This document shows positions 38,862 to 53,870 of a stretch of 64,000 nucleotides of DNA, piece by piece. The notes beneath the pieces are model-generated. The model was not told where the DNA came from. It saw only the letters and a list, made by a program, of their open reading frames with translations, and ran no database searches. Position 1 is the first letter of the stretch; every line of letters starts with the position of its first letter. The stretch is from Eledone cirrhosa (taxonomy: Eukaryota). Location of the stretch: contig OZ024766.1 of assembly GCA_964016885.1 (NCBI GenBank), positions 9,672,001 through 9,736,000 of the forward strand. The letters are read 5' to 3'. The translations under genes and the position numbers were made by a program.

Positions 38862-40637
38862 ATCATCATCATCATCATCAGGTTTAGCGTCCGTGTTCCA
38901 CGCTTGCATGGGTTTGGACGGGGTTTTCCCACTTGAGGCAAGACTGGTTGTCTTGCTCGCATAGGACTGTCTGGCGGGTTTTCTACAGTTGGATGCCCTT
39001 CCTAACACCAACCACATTTACAGTGTGGGGCTGGGAGGTTTTTACCGTGTTGCCTACACGGCCACATTACAGCGTGGACTGTCTGGCGGGTTTTCTACAG
39101 CTGGATGCCCTTCCCAACACCAACCACATTTACAGTGTGGGGCTGGGAGGTTTTTACCGTGTTGCCTACACGGCCACATTACAGCGTGGACTGTCTGGCG
39201 GGTTTTCTACAGCTGGATGCCCTTCCTAACACCAACCACATTTACAGTGTGGGGCTGGGAGGTTTTTACCGTGTTGCCTACACGGCCACATTACAGCATG
39301 GACTGTCTGGCGGGTTTTCTACAGCTGGATGCCCTTCCTAACACCAACCACATTTACAGTGTGGGGCTGGGAGGTTTTTACCGTGTTGCCTACACGGCCA
39401 CATTACAGCGTGGACTGTCTGGCGGGTTTTCTACAGCTGGATGCCCTTCCTAACACCAACCACATTTACAGTGTGGGGCTGGGAGGTTTTTACCGTGTTG
39501 CCTACACGGCCACATTACAGCGTGGACTGTCTGGCAGGTTTTCTACAACTGGATGCCCTTCCTAACACCAACCACATTTACAGTGTGGGGCTGGGAGGTT
39601 TTTACCGTGTTGCCTACTCGGCCACATTACAGCGTGGACTGTCTGGCGGGTTTTCTACAGCTGGATGCCCTTCCTAACACCAACCACATTTACAGTGTGG
39701 GGCTGGGAGGTTTTTACCGTGTTGCCTACACGGCCACATTACAGCGTGGACTGTCTGGCAGGTTTTCTACAGCTGGATGCCCTTCCTAACACCAACCACA
39801 TTTACAGTGTGGGGCTGGGAGGTTTTTACCGTGTTGCCTACACGGCCACATTACAGCGTGGACTGTCTGGCGGGTTTTCTACAGCTGGATGCCCTTCCTA
39901 ACACCAACCACATTTACAGTGTGGGGCTGGGAGGTTTTTACCGTGTTGCCTACACGGCCACATTACAGCGTGGACTGTCTGGCGGATTTTCTACAGCTGG
40001 ATGCCCTTCCTAACACCAACCACATTTACAGTGTGGGGCTGGGAGGTTTTTACCGTGTTGCCTACACGGCCACATTACAGCGTGGACTGTCTGGCGGGTT
40101 TTCTACAGCTGGATGCCCTTCCTAACACCAACCACATTTACAGTGTGGGGCTGGGAGGTTTTTACCGTGTTGCCTACACGGCCACATTACAGCGTGGACT
40201 GTCTGGCGGGTTTTCTACAGCTGGATGCCCTTCCTAACACCAACCACATTTACAGTGTGGGGCTGGGAGGTTTTTACCGTGTTGCCTACACGGCCACATT
40301 ACAGCGTGGACTGTCTGGCGGGTTTTCTACAGCTGGATGCCCTTCCTAACACCAACCACATTTACAGTGTGGGGCTGGGAGGTTTTTACCGTGTTGCCTA
40401 CACAGCCATATTACAGAGTGGAATGTGTGTTTTTTTGTCGTGACACCTACACGATCTCATTTGTTTCGGCCTGGATGTTGTGGCACCAACATAACTTTAC
40501 ATTGAAAGGGGCGGTGTGGATGGGGTGGAGCTGGTGGGACGGGGGTCTGTTTTGATAGAGATGCCTACTGACTGTAGTAGGTTTTTACTTTGTATTTAGG
40601 TAAGGCGGGTCTTCTCTATTACTGAGTACCGCCAAAG
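38862..40637 (-). mobile_element. RTE 3'UTR carrying a 112-bp tandem array (~13 copies, ~38964-40420)
   Basis: Flanks match 36085-36510; period 112. Confidence 0.9.
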
Positions 40638-40944
40638 TATCTATATATATCCATATCTATATATATATATATATATATTCACCCAGCTTATACTGATAGA
40701 ATAACTATGTAGCTTGTGTTTCTTCCTGTCTTCGGTTAGCTTCCCCCTGTGTTGTTTACTTGTCTCACTCGCTTTACGCGTTTTAATTGTCCTAATAACT
40801 TATTTTAGTTATTATTGCGCCAACGTGAGGTATATGATTTTTAATGCAATGAAATACCAATGACCGTTGGCAAATCACTGATGAGGGACCCATTTTATAA
40901 CATGTTATCCATGTGCAACCATGCACTATTCTTCTCCCCATATT

Positions 40945-40990
<46 letters not shown>

Positions 40991-41029
40991 GATATTAACA
41001 AATGGAAACTATATTTATAAAACCATATT

Positions 41030-41094
41030 TATTTTATTATACATATTTCAAGGACACCAAGTTAAATTATGGTGTGCTTTCATCAGACAAAATA
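41030..41094 (-). ncRNA. Type-I hammerhead ribozyme
   Basis: Same family as 38523-38588 with a varied but still paired stem II. Confidence 0.75.
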
Positions 41095-41272
41095 CAATAT
41101 AGATCAGTTTTATAAATAAATATTGACATACTCTTAAAAAATGCAACCATTACTGTTGGACGATCCCAGATGGTTAATATCGTATGTTTACTCCAAATAC
41201 TTGTTGAGTGCTTTATATCAGTTATAAAAATATTTGCTTGTTGTATCCCAAAAATTTAAATAGAACTTTTGC

Positions 41273-41329
<57 letters not shown>

Positions 41330-41433
41330 CATATATTTTGCAACAACATGAATGGACCTGTTATTTTTATCTAAAGACATTTTTTCCAATTCCACCCCAC
41401 CCGTCCCTTCAATCTATCTTATTTCTAATTCTT

Positions 41434-41469
41434 TCTTCTGATGAAGGACTAGCATCTGAAACGTTAAGA
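41434..41469 (+). ncRNA. Minimal hammerhead with decayed stem II
   Basis: TCTT-CTGATGA-AGGACTAGCATCT-GAAACGTT-AAGA. Confidence 0.6.
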
Positions 41470-41553
41470 CCCTCTTCCTGCTATATCAAGTGTTAACCTA
41501 ATATATACCTACCATATACTGTACTGATTGAGTTGTTATTTCTGTCTACCTTT

Positions 41554-41607
<54 letters not shown>

Positions 41608-41634
41608 TTATGTAATAAACAACATAAGATAATT

Positions 41635-41699
41635 ATTTCATTTACCAGTGGTTTCTTGAAGACAGATGTTGTGTCTGTCTTCAGTCGTCAGAATGAAAT
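41635..41699 (-). ncRNA. Type-I hammerhead in palindrome 41603-41761
   Basis: ATTTCATT-CTGACGA-C-TGAAGACAGA/TCTGTCTTCA-A-GAAA-CCACTGG-TA-AATGAAAT. Confidence 0.8.
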
Positions 41700-42147
41700 G
41701 TCTTCAAGAAACCACTGGTAAATGAAATAATTATCTTATGTTGTTTATTACATAACTAATAAGCTCTGTAGCCTACATAGAGCACTCTTTTTTCCTGTAC
41801 CTTTCTGACGGAAATACTTCATTCACACACATATCATCATTCATCATCATTTCATTTTACGTCTGCTTTTTCCCTGCTTGCAAGGGTGGGACGGGAACTG
41901 ATTCTGGCTTGATTTCTACAGCTGGATGCCCTTCCTAACACCAACCTCATTTACAGTGAGTGCTGGGTGCTTTTTTGCCGTGGCACCTCCACGACCACTT
42001 TACAGTGAGTGCTGGGTGCTTTTTTGCCGTGGCACCTCCACGACCACTTTACAGTGAGTGCTGGGTGCTTTTTTGCTGTGGCACCTCCACGACCACTTTA
42101 CAGTGGAATGATAGGGACCCCAGTCCCTGTCATCTCATTTCTATCTC

Positions 42148-44225
42148 ATAATATCTCACATAACATTTACATTACTCTATATATACTATTATATTTTCAC
42201 AGTAAAGGCTTTACCTCACATAACATTTACATTACTCTATATATACTATTGTATTTTCACAGTAAAGGCTTTACCTCACATAATATCTCACATAACATTT
42301 ACATTACTCTATATATACTATTGTATTGTCACAGTAAAGGCTTTACCTCACATAATATCTCACATAACATTTACATTACTCTATATATACTATTGTATTT
42401 TCACAGTAAAGGCTTTACCTCACATAATATCTCACATAACATTTACATTACTCTATATATACTATTGTATTGTCACAGTAAAGGCTTCACCTCACATAAT
42501 ATCTCACATAACATTTACATTACTCTATATATACTATTGTATTTTCACAGTAAAGGCTTTACCTCACATAATATCTCACATAACATTTACATTACTCTAT
42601 ATATACTATTGTATTGTCACAGTAAAGGCTTTACCTCACATAATATCTCACATAACATTTACATTACTCTATATATACTATTGTATTTTCACAGTAAAGG
42701 CTTTACCTCGCATAATATCCCACATAACATTTACATTACTCTATATATAATATTGTATTGTCACAGTAAAGGCTTTACCTCACATAATATCTCACATAAC
42801 ATTTACATTACTCTATATATACTATTGTATTGTCACAGTAAAGGCTTCACCTCACATAATATCTCACATAACATTTACATTACTCTATATATACTATTGT
42901 ATTTTCACAGTAAAGGCTTTACCTCACATAATATCTCGCATAACATTTACATTACTCTATATATACTATTGTATTTTCACAGTAAAGGCTTTACCTTACA
43001 TAATATCTCACATAACATTTACATTACTCTATATATACTATTGTATTTTCACAGTAAAGGCTTTACCTCACATAATATCCCACATAACATTTACATTACT
43101 CTATATATACTATTGTATTTTCACAGTAAAGGCTTTACCTCACATAATATCTCGCATAACATTTACATTACTCTATATATACTATTGTATTTTCACAGTA
43201 AAGGCTTTACCTTACATAATATCTCACATAACATTTACATTACTCTATATATACTATTGTATTTTCACAGTAAAGGCTTTACCTCACATAATATCTCACA
43301 TAACATTTACATTACTCTATATATACTATTGTATTTTCACAGTAAAGGCTTTACCTTACATAATATCTCACATAACATTTACATTACTCTATATATACTA
43401 TTGTATTTTCACAGTAAAGGCTTTACCTCACATAATATCTCATATATTTACATTACTCTATATATACTATTGTATTTTCACAGTAAAGGCTTTACCTTAC
43501 ATAATATCTCACATAACATTTACATTACTCTATATATACTATTGTATTTTCACAGTAAAGGCTTTACCTCACATAATATCTCACATAACATTTACATTAC
43601 TCTATATATACTATTGTATTTTCACAGTAAAGGCTTTACCTTACATAATATCTCACATAACATTTACATTACTCTATATATACTATTGTATTTTCACAGT
43701 AAAGGCTTTACCTCACATAATATCTCATATATTTACATTACTCTATATATACTATTGTATTTTCACAGTAAAGGCTTTACCTTACATAATATCTCACATA
43801 ACATTTACATTACTCTATATATACTATTGTATTTTCACAGTAAAGGCTTTACCTTACATAATATCTCACATAACATTTACATTACTCTATATATACTATT
43901 GTATTTTCACAGTAAAGGCTTTACCTCACATAATATCTCACATAACATTTACATTACTCTATATATACTATTGTATTTTCACAGTAAAGGCTTTACCTCA
44001 CATCATATCTCACATAACATTTACATTACTCTATATATACTATTGTATTTTCACAGTAAAGGCTTTACCTCACATAATATCTCACATAACATTTACATTA
44101 CTCTATATATACTATTGTATTTTCACAGTAAAGGCTTTACCTCACATAATACCTCACATAACATCTACATTACTCTATATATTCTATTGTATTGTCACAG
44201 TAAAGGCTTTACCTCACATAATATC
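42148..44225. repeat. 72-bp AT-rich satellite (~29 copies)
   Basis: Unit CATAATATCTCACATAACATTTACATTACTC...AAAGGCTTTACCTCA. Confidence 0.95.
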
Positions 44226-44489
44226 GAATTTATGAGATTTTGAAAGTATTTATTTTGAGAACAACACCTTAACATCAGTTTGAGGGACCAGTTACAGCCA
44301 GTTTGAACAGAAAAAGGTAGAGAATTCTGGCCGGTTTGAACATTAAGGGCTTAATGTCCTCTTCCCCTGCCAGCAAGGTTGGCTGGGTCTACATAGATGA
44401 AGTTAGTACTGAAGCAGGGCTACTGACCTCCCTGGCAGGCCGAGTCGTGTGCACCTCACTTACATATCTCGCATTCTACTGAGGCCACC

Positions 44490-44940
44490 GGGAAGGTTGT
44501 CATGCCTTTGTCACAACTGAAGGGTCACCTCAACACTGTTTGGGAACCTGTCTGTGGCTGGATGCCCTTCCCAACACCGACCACTTTACGGGTGTACTGG
44601 GTGTTTGTGTGTAGATAAAAAAACTCCAGGGAGGTTGTCATGTCCTTAACACAACTGAAGGGTCACCTCAACACTGTTTGGGAACCTGTCTGTGGCTGGA
44701 GGCCCTTCCCAACACCGACCACTTTACGGGTGTACTGGGTGTTTGTGTGTAGATAAAAAAACTCCAGGGAGGTTGTCATGTCCTTAACACAACTGAAGGG
44801 TCACCTCAACACTGTTTGGGAACCTGTCTGTGGCTGGAGGCCCTTCCCAACACCGACCACTTTACGGGTGTACTGGGTGTCTGTGTGTAGATAAAAAAAC
44901 TCCAGGGAGGTTGTCATGTCCTTAACACAACTGAAGGGTG
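44490..44940. repeat. 138-bp tandem repeat (~3 copies) of RTE-3'UTR-like sequence
   Basis: GGTTGTCATG at about 44495, 44633, 44771 and 44909; contains GGATGCCCTTCC. Confidence 0.85.
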
Positions 44941-45499
44941 CTCCCAACCCTCCATTTAGCAATCTTTCTATGGCCGGATGTCCTTCCTATTACCAACCAC
45001 TTTACAGAGTGTACTGGGTGTGTTTATTGTGTAGTTTGCCAATATTAGGGAGGTTGAGGTGTCCTTGACATGACTGAAGGTCTGGCAAGCTTTCTGCTGC
45101 TAGATGCCCTTCCTATCTGCAACCACTTTACAGAGTGTACTGGGTGTACTTTGCCAATATTAGGGAGTTTGACACGGCAGGTTCCTCCCAACCCTTGGAC
45201 AGTTTTCTACGGCAGGATGCCCTTCCTATTACCAACCACTTTACAGGGTGTACTGGGTGCGTTTTGTATATATATCAACTGAAATAGAAATATACCCAAC
45301 TGTGTATATATGTATGTATATATTTATATTATCATCAACATCATGGTCATCTCTGTTTACCGTCTTTTTTTCCACGCTAGCATGGGATAGACGAGTTGTC
45401 CTGTTTTGAGCAATGTCAGGTCAAGTGACCATGTCTTGCTCACACAGAACTGATTCTGGTTTGGTTTCTACAGCTGGATGTCCTTCCTAACACCAACCT

Positions 45500-47105
45500 C
45501 ATTTACAGTGAGTACTGGGTGCTTTTTGTTGTGACACCTACATGACCACTTTACAGTGTGGACTGGGTGCTTTTTGTTGTGACACCTACATGACCACTTT
45601 ACAGTGTGGACTGGGTGCTTTTTGTTGTGACACCTACATGACCACTTTACAGTGTGGACTGGGTGCTTTTTGTCGTGACACCTACATGACCACTTTACAG
45701 TGTGGACTGGGTGCTTTTTGTTGTGACACCTACATGACCACTTTACAGTGTGGACTGGGTGCTTTTTGTTGTGACACCTACATGACCACTTTACAGTGTG
45801 GACTGGGTGCTTTTTGTCGTGACACCTACATGACCACTTTACAGTGTGGACTGGGTGCTTTTTGTTGTGACACCTACATGACCACTTTACAGTGTGGACT
45901 GGGTGCTTTTTGTCGTGACACCTACATGACCACTTTACAGTGTGGACTGGGTGCTTTTTTGTCAAGACACCTACATGACCACCTTACAGTGTGGACTGGG
46001 TGCTTTTTATCGTGACACCAACATGACCACTTTACAGAGTGGACTGGGTGTCTTTTTATCATGACACCTACATGACCACTTTACAGAGTGGACTGGGTGT
46101 CTTTTTATCGTGACACCAACATGACCACTTTACAGTGTGGACTGGGTGCTTTTTTTGTCAAGACACCTACATGATCACTTTATAGTATGGATTGGGTGCT
46201 TTTTGTTGTGACACCAACATGACCACTTTACAGTGTGGACTGGGTGTTTTTTGTTGAGACACCTACATGACCACTTTACAGTGTGGACTGGGTGATTTTT
46301 GATGTGACACCAACATGACCACTTTATAGTGTGGACTGGGTGCTTTTTGTTGTGACACCTACATGACCACTTTACAGTGTGGACTGGGTGCTTTTTGTCA
46401 TGACACCTACATGACCACTTTACAGTGTGGTCTGGGTGTTTTTTGTCATGACACCTACATGACCACTTTACAGTGTGGATTGGGTGTTTTTTGTCATGAC
46501 ACCTACATGACCACTTTACAGTGTGGACTGAGTACTTTTTGTCATGACACCTACATGACCACTTTACAGTGTGGTCTGGGTGTTTTTTGTCATGACACCT
46601 ACATGACCACTTTACAGTGTGGATTGGGTGTTTTTTGTCATGACACCTACATGACCACTTTACAGTGTGGACTGGGTGTTTTTTGTTGTGATAGCTACAT
46701 GACCACTTTACAGTGTGGATTGGGTGTTTTTTGTCATGACACCTACATGACCACCTTACAGTGTGGACTGGGTGCTTTTTGTTGTGACACCTACATGACC
46801 ACTTTACAGTGTGGACTGGGTGTTTTTTGTCATGACACCTACATGACCACTTTACAGTGTGGACTGGGTGTTTTTTGTCATGACACCTACATGACCACTT
46901 TACAGTGTGGACTGGGTGCTTTTTGTTGTGACAGTTACATGACTACTTTACAGGGTGGACTGGGTGCTTTTTGTTGTGACAGTTACATGACCACTTTACA
47001 GTGTGGACTGGGTACTTTTTGTCATGACACCTACATGACCACTTTACAGTGTGGACTGGGTGTTTGTCATGACACCTACATGACCACTTTACAGTGTGGA
47101 CTGGG
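45500..47105. repeat. 48-bp minisatellite (~33 copies) inside an antisense RTE-type 3'UTR
   Basis: Unit ATGACCACTTTACAGTGTGGACTGGGTGCTTTTTGTTGTGACACCTAC. Confidence 0.92.
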
Positions 47106-47254
47106 CTGTTTATCGTATTAGTTTCAATTAGATTTGTATCAATACCTGCATGGATTGGAGCGGTGTTTTCTAGCTCAGCTTGTCCCCACTTGTTGCATTC
47201 CTTCATCTTACCACCTGGGAAGTTCAATGATTTGAAATCAACTCTTTTTATGCT

Positions 47255-50200
47255 CAGGTCTTCCTCTACTACAGCTTCCTTCCACTGGGATTTCTTGGCA
47301 CTTCTTCACCTAACAATCATCCGTACACATCACATGTCTATACCAGTGCAGTCTTCTCTCTTACACACTACATCTGATTCCTCTTATAACCAGGTCTACC
47401 TTGGTCTTCCCCTCCTGCAGCTTCCTTTGAGTGGGGACTACTGTATTGTTCCCCCAACAATCACCATCCATACACATCACATGTCCATACCAGGGCAGTC
47501 TTCTCTCTTACACACTACATCTGATTCCTCGTATAACCAGGTCTACCTTGGTCTTCCCCTCCTGCAGCTTCCTTTGAGTGGGGACTACTGTATTGTTCCC
47601 CCAACAATCACCATCCATACACATCACATGTCTATACCAGGGCAGTCTTCTCTCTTACACACTACATCTGATTCCTCGTATAACCAGGTCTACCTTGGTC
47701 TTCCCCTCCTGCAGCTTCCTTTGAGTGGGGACTACTGTATTGTTCCCCCAACAATCACCATCCATACACATCACATGTCTATACCAGGGCAGTCTTCTCT
47801 CTTACACACTACATCTGATTCCTCGTATAACCAGGTCTACCTTGGTCTTCCCCTCCTGCAGCTTCCTTTGAGTGGGGACTACTGTATTGTTCCCCCAACA
47901 ATCACCATCCATACACATCACATGTCTATACCAGGGCAGTCTTCTCTCTTACACATTACATCTGATTCCTCTTATAACCAGGTCTACCTTGGTCTTCCCC
48001 TCCTGCAGCTTCCTTTGAGTGGGGCCTACTGTATTGTTCCCCCAACAATCACCATCCATACACATCACATGTCTATACCAGGGCAGTCTTCTCTCTTACA
48101 CACTACATCTGATTCCTCTTATACCCAGGTCTATCTTGGTCTTCCCCTCCTGCAGCTTCCTTTGAGTGGGGACTACTGTATTGTTCCCCCAACAATCACC
48201 ATCCATACACATCACATGTCTATACCAGTGCAGTCTTCTCTCTTACACACTACATCTGATTCCTCTTATACCCAGGTCTATCTTGGTCTTCCCCTCCTGC
48301 AGCTTCCTTTGAGTGGGGCCTGCTGTATTGTTCCCCCAACAATCACCATCCATACACATCACATGTCTATACCAGTGCAGTCTTCTTTCTTACACACTAC
48401 ATCTGATTCCTCTTATACCCAGGTCTACCTTGGTCTTCCTCTCCTGCAGCTTCCTTTGAGTGGGGACTACTGTATTTTCCCCCCAACATTCACCATCCAT
48501 ACACATCACATGTCCATACCAGTGCAGTCTTCTTTCCTGTAAACAATATCTGATTCCTCATGTACCCAGGTCTTTTTCCTATTGCAGTTTCTTTTCACTT
48601 AAGACTTTTTTCACCCAGCATTCAGCATCCATACCAATGCAGTCTCTTTACTGTTCACTGTATCTGATTCCTCATATACCCAAATCTTCCTTGGGCTTCC
48701 TCTATTGTAGCTTCCTTCCACCGAGATCTCAAGGCACTTATTCACTCAGTACTGATCATCCATACATATCACATGTCCATACCAGAGCAGTCTTCTCTCC
48801 TGTGCACTACATCTGATTCCTCTTATACTCAGGTCTTCCACTGGGATTTCTTGGTTTATCTTCACCCAGCATTCTTCAATCATACACATCACATGTCCAT
48901 ACCAGTGCAGTCTTCTCTCTTACATACTATGTCTGATTCCTCTTATACCCAGGTCTTCCTCTACTGCAGCTTCCTTCCAATGGGAACTCTTGACACTTCT
49001 TTCACCCAACAATCACCATCCATATACATCACATGTCCATACCAGTGCAGTCTCCTCTCTTACATACTATGTCTGATTCCTCTTATACCCAGGTCTTCCT
49101 CTACTGCAGCTTCCTTCCACTGGGAACTCCTGACACTTCTTTCACCCAACAATCACCATCCATACACATCACATGTCCATACCAGTGCAGTCTCCTCTCC
49201 TACATACTATGTCTGATTCCTCTTATACCCAGGTCTACCTCTACTGCAGCTTCCTTCCACTGGGAACTTCTGACACTTCTTCACCCAACAATCACCATCC
49301 ATATACATCACATGTCCATACCAGTGCAGTCTCCTCTCCTACACACTACATCTGATTCCTCTTATACCCAGGTCTTCCTCTACTGCAGCTTCCTTCCACT
49401 GGGAACTCTTGACACTTCTTTCACCCAACAATCACCATCCATACACATCACATGTCCATACCAGTGCAGTCTTCTCTCTTACATACTATGTCTGATTCCT
49501 CTTATACCCAGGTCTTCCTCTACTGCAGCTTCCTTCCACTGGGAACTCTTGACACTTCTTTCACCCAACAATCACCATCCATATACATCACATGTCCATA
49601 CCAGTGCAGTCTTCTCTCCTGAAAACTGTATCTGGCTCCTGTTATACCCCAGGTCTTCCTCTACTGCAGCTTCCTTCCACAGGGATATCTCGGCAGTTCT
49701 TCACCCATACACATCACATGTCCACACCAGTGCAGTCTTCCTCTACTGCAGCTTCCTTCCACAGGGATATCTCGGCACTTCTTCAGCCATACACATCACA
49801 TGTCCATACCAGTGCAGTCTTCCTCTACTGCAGCTTCCTTCCACAGGGATATCTCGGCACTTCTTCACCCATACACATCACATGTCCACACCAGTGCAGT
49901 CTTCCTCTACTGCAGCTTCCTTCCACAGGGATACCTAGGCACTTCTTCACCCATACACATCACATGTCCACACCAGTGCAGTCTTCCTCTACTGCAGCTT
50001 CCTTCCACAGGGATATCTCGGCACTTCTTCAGCCATACACATCACATGTCCATACCAGTGCAGTCTTCCTCTACTGCAGCTTCCTTCCTCAGGGATATCT
50101 CGGCACTTCTTCACCCATACACATCACATGTCCACACCAGTGCAGTCTTCCTCTACTGCAGCTTCCTTCCACAGGGATATCTCGGCACTTCTTCAGCCAT

Positions 50201-53200
50201 ACACATCACATGTCCACACCAGTGCAGTCTTCCTCTACTCCAGCTTCCTTCCACAGGGATACCTAGGCACTTCTTCAGCCATACACATCACATGTCCACA
50301 CCAGTGCAGTCTTCCTCTACTGCAGCTTCCTTCCACAGGGATATCTCGGCACTTCTTCAGCCATACACATCACATGTCCACACCAGTGCAGTCTTCCTCT
50401 ACTGCAGCTTCCTTCCACAGGGATACCTCGGCACTTCTTCACCCATACACATCACATGTCCACACCAGTGCAGTCTTCCTCTACTGCAGCTTCCTTCCAC
50501 AGGGATATCTCGGCACTTCTTCAGCCATACACATCACATGTCCACACCAGTGCAGTCTTCCTCTACTGCAGCTTCCTTCCACAGGGATATCTCGGCACTT
50601 CTTCAGCCATACACATCACATGTCCACACCAGTGCAGTCTTCCTCTACTGCAGCTTCCTTCCACAGGGATACCTCGGCACTTCTTCAGCCATACACATCA
50701 CATGTCCACACCAGTGCAGTCTTCCTCTACTGCAGCTTCCTTCCACAGGGATATCTCGGCACTTCTTCAGCCATACACATCACATGTCCACACCAGTGCA
50801 GTCTTCCTCTACTGCAGCTTCCTTCCACAGGGATACCTCGGCACTTCTTCACCCATACACATCACATGTCCACACCAGTGCAGTCTTCCTCTACTGCAGC
50901 TTCCTTCCACAGGGATACCTCGGCACTTCTTCACCCATACACATCACATGTCCACACCAGTGCAGTCTTCCTCTACTGCAGCTTCCTTCCACAGGGATAC
51001 CTCGGCACTTCTTCACCCATACACATCACATGTCCACACCAGTGCAGTCTTCCTCTACTGCAGCTTCCTTCCTCAGGGATATCTCGGCACTTCTTCACCC
51101 ATACACATCACATGTCCACACCAGTGCAGTCTTCCTCTACTGCAGCTTCCTTCCACAGGGATACCTCGGCACTTCTTCACCCATACACATCACATGTCCA
51201 CACCAGTGCAGTCTTCCTCTACTGCAGCTTCCTTCCTCAGGGATATCTCGGCACTTCTTCACCCATACACATCACATGTCCACACCAGTGCAGTCTTCCT
51301 CTACTGCAGCTTCCTTCCACAGGGATATCTCGGCACTTCTTCAGCCATACACATCACATGTCCACACCAGTGCAGTCTTCCTCTACTGCAGCTTCCTTCC
51401 ACAGGGATACCTCGGCACTTCTTCAGCCATACACATCACATGTCCACACCAGTGCAGTCTTCCTCTACTGCAGCTTCCTTCCACAGGGATATCTCGGCAC
51501 TTCTTCAGCCATACACATCACATGTCCACACCAGTGCAGTCTTCCTCTACTGCAGCTTCCTTCCACAGGGATATCTCGGCACTTCTTCAGCCATACACAT
51601 CACATGTCCACACCAGTGCAGTCTTCCTCTACTGCAGCTTCCTTCCACAGGGATACCTAGGCACTTCTTCAGCCATACACATCACATGTCCACACCAGTG
51701 CAGTCTTCCTCTACTGCAGCTTCCTTCCACAGGGATATCTCGGCACTTCTTCAGCCATACACATCACATGTCCACACCAGTGCAGTCTTCCTCTACTGCA
51801 GCTTCCTTCCACAGGGATATCTCGGCACTTCTTCAGCCATACACATCACATGTCCACACCAGTGCAGTCTTCCTCTACTGCAGCTTCCTTCCTCAGGGAT
51901 ATCTCGGCACTTCTTCACCCATACACATCACATGTCCACACCAGTGCAGTCTTCCTCTACTGCAGCTTCCTTCCACAGGGATATCTCGGCACTTCTTCAC
52001 CCATACACATCACATGTCCACACCAGTGCAGTCTTCCTCTACTGCAGCTTCCTTCCACAGGGATATCTCGGCACTTCTTCAGCCATACACATCACATGTC
52101 CACACCAGTGCAGTCTTCCTCTACTGCAACTTCCTTCCACAGGGATATCTCGGCACTTCTTCAGCCATACACATCACATGTCCACACCAGTGCAGTCTTC
52201 CTCTACTGCAGCTTCCTTCCACAGGGATACCTCGGCACTTCTTCAGCCATACACATCACATGTCCACACCAGTGCAGTCTTCCTCTACTGCAGCTTCCTT
52301 CCACAGGGATATCTCGGCACTTCTTCAGCCATACACATCACATGTCCACACCAGTGCAGTCTTCCTCTACTGCAGCTTCCTTCCACAGGGATATCTCGGC
52401 ACTTCTTCAGCCATACACATCACATGTCCACACCAGTGCAGTCTTCCTCTACTGCAGCTTCCTTCCACAGGGATACCTAGGCACTTCTTCAGCCATACAC
52501 ATCACATGTCCACACCAGTGCAGTCTTCCTCTACTGCAGCTTCCTTCCACAGGGATACCTCGGCACTTCTTCAGCCATACACATCACATGTCCACACCAG
52601 TGCAGTCTTCCTCTACTGCAGCTTCCTTCCACAGGGATACCTCGGCACTTCTTCAGCCATACACATCACATGTCCACACCAGTGCAGTCTTCCTCTACTG
52701 CAGCTTCCTTCCACAGGGATATCTCGGCACTTCTTCAGCCATACACATCACATGTCCACACCAGTGCAGTCTTCCTCTACTGCAGCTTCCTTCCACAGGG
52801 ATATCTCGGCACTTCTTCAGCCATACACATCACATGTCCACACCAGTGCAGTCTTCCTCTACTGCAGCTTCCTTCCACAGGGATACCTCGGCACTTCTTC
52901 AGCCATACACATCACATGTCCACACCAGTGCAGTCTTCCTCTACTGCAGCTTCCTTCCACAGGGATATCTCGGCACTTCTTCAGCCATACACATCACATG
53001 TCCACACCAGTGCAGTCTTCCTCTACTGCAGCTTCCTTCCACAGGGATATCTCGGCACTTCTTCACCCATACACATCACATGTCCACACCAGTGCAGTCT
53101 TCCTCTACTGCAGCTTCCTTCCACAGGGATACCTCGGCACTTCTTCACCCATACACATCACATGTCCACACCAGTGCAGTCTTCCTCTACTGCAGCTTCC

Positions 53201-53726
53201 TTCCACAGGGATATCTCGGCACTTCTTCACCCATACACATCACATGTCCACACCAGTGCAGTCTTCCTCTACTGCAGCTTCCTTCCACAGGGATACCTCG
53301 GCACTTCTTCACCCATACACATCACATGTCCACACCAGTGCAGTCTTCCTCTACTGCAGCTTCCTTCCACAGGGATATCTCGGCACTTCTTCACCCATAC
53401 ACATCACATGTCCACACCAGTGCAGTCTTCCTCTACTGCAGCTTCCTTCCACAGGGATACCTCGGCACTTCTTCAGCCATACACATCACATGTCCACACC
53501 AGTGCAGTCTTCCTCTACTGCAGCTTCCTTCCACAGGGATATCTCGGCACTTCTTCACCCATACACATCACATGTCCACACCAGTGCAGTCTTCCTCTAC
53601 TGCAGCTTCCTTCCACAGGGATACCTCGGCACTTCTTCAGCCATACACATCACATGTCCACACCAGTGCAGTCTTCCTCTACTGCAGCTTCCTTCCACTG
53701 GGATATCTCGGCACTTCTTCACCCAT
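47255..53726. repeat. Compound satellite of 147-bp (~8x), 140-bp (~5x) and 82-bp (~50x) units derived from the antisense RTE ORF end
   Basis: Reverse complement encodes an RLHW(Y/C)GHVMCM..VEGSCSRGRP-like segment. Confidence 0.92.
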
Positions 53727-53739
53727 CACCCACAATCCC

Positions 53740-53870
53740 ATCGAGGTTAACTTTGCCTTTCATCCTTATGGAGGTCGATAAAATAAAGTACCAGTAATAC
53801 ACTGGAGTCAATTTAATTGACTTTCCCCCTCGCTTCAAATTGCTGGCCTTGTGCCTAAAGTAGAAAAACC
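53740..53870 (+). mobile_element. Nin-domain-like SINE fragment (another on the - strand at ~55015-55110)
   Basis: CGAGGTTAACTTTGCCTTTCATCC...GGTCGATAAAATAAAGTACCAG. Confidence 0.65.

Noticed and set aside
38964-40420. CRISPR-like regular arrays here and elsewhere
   Set aside because: Pure tandem repeats with no unique spacers, no cas genes and a eukaryotic context
40876-40900. CTGATGAGGG core-like word
   Set aside because: No matching stem II and GAAA downstream
42009-44243. 744-aa repetitive ORF
   Set aside because: 72-bp satellite with no sign of coding constraint or splice context
49800-53797. Long ORFs in all three + frames
   Set aside because: Stop-free antisense reading of an 82-bp satellite; not a gene
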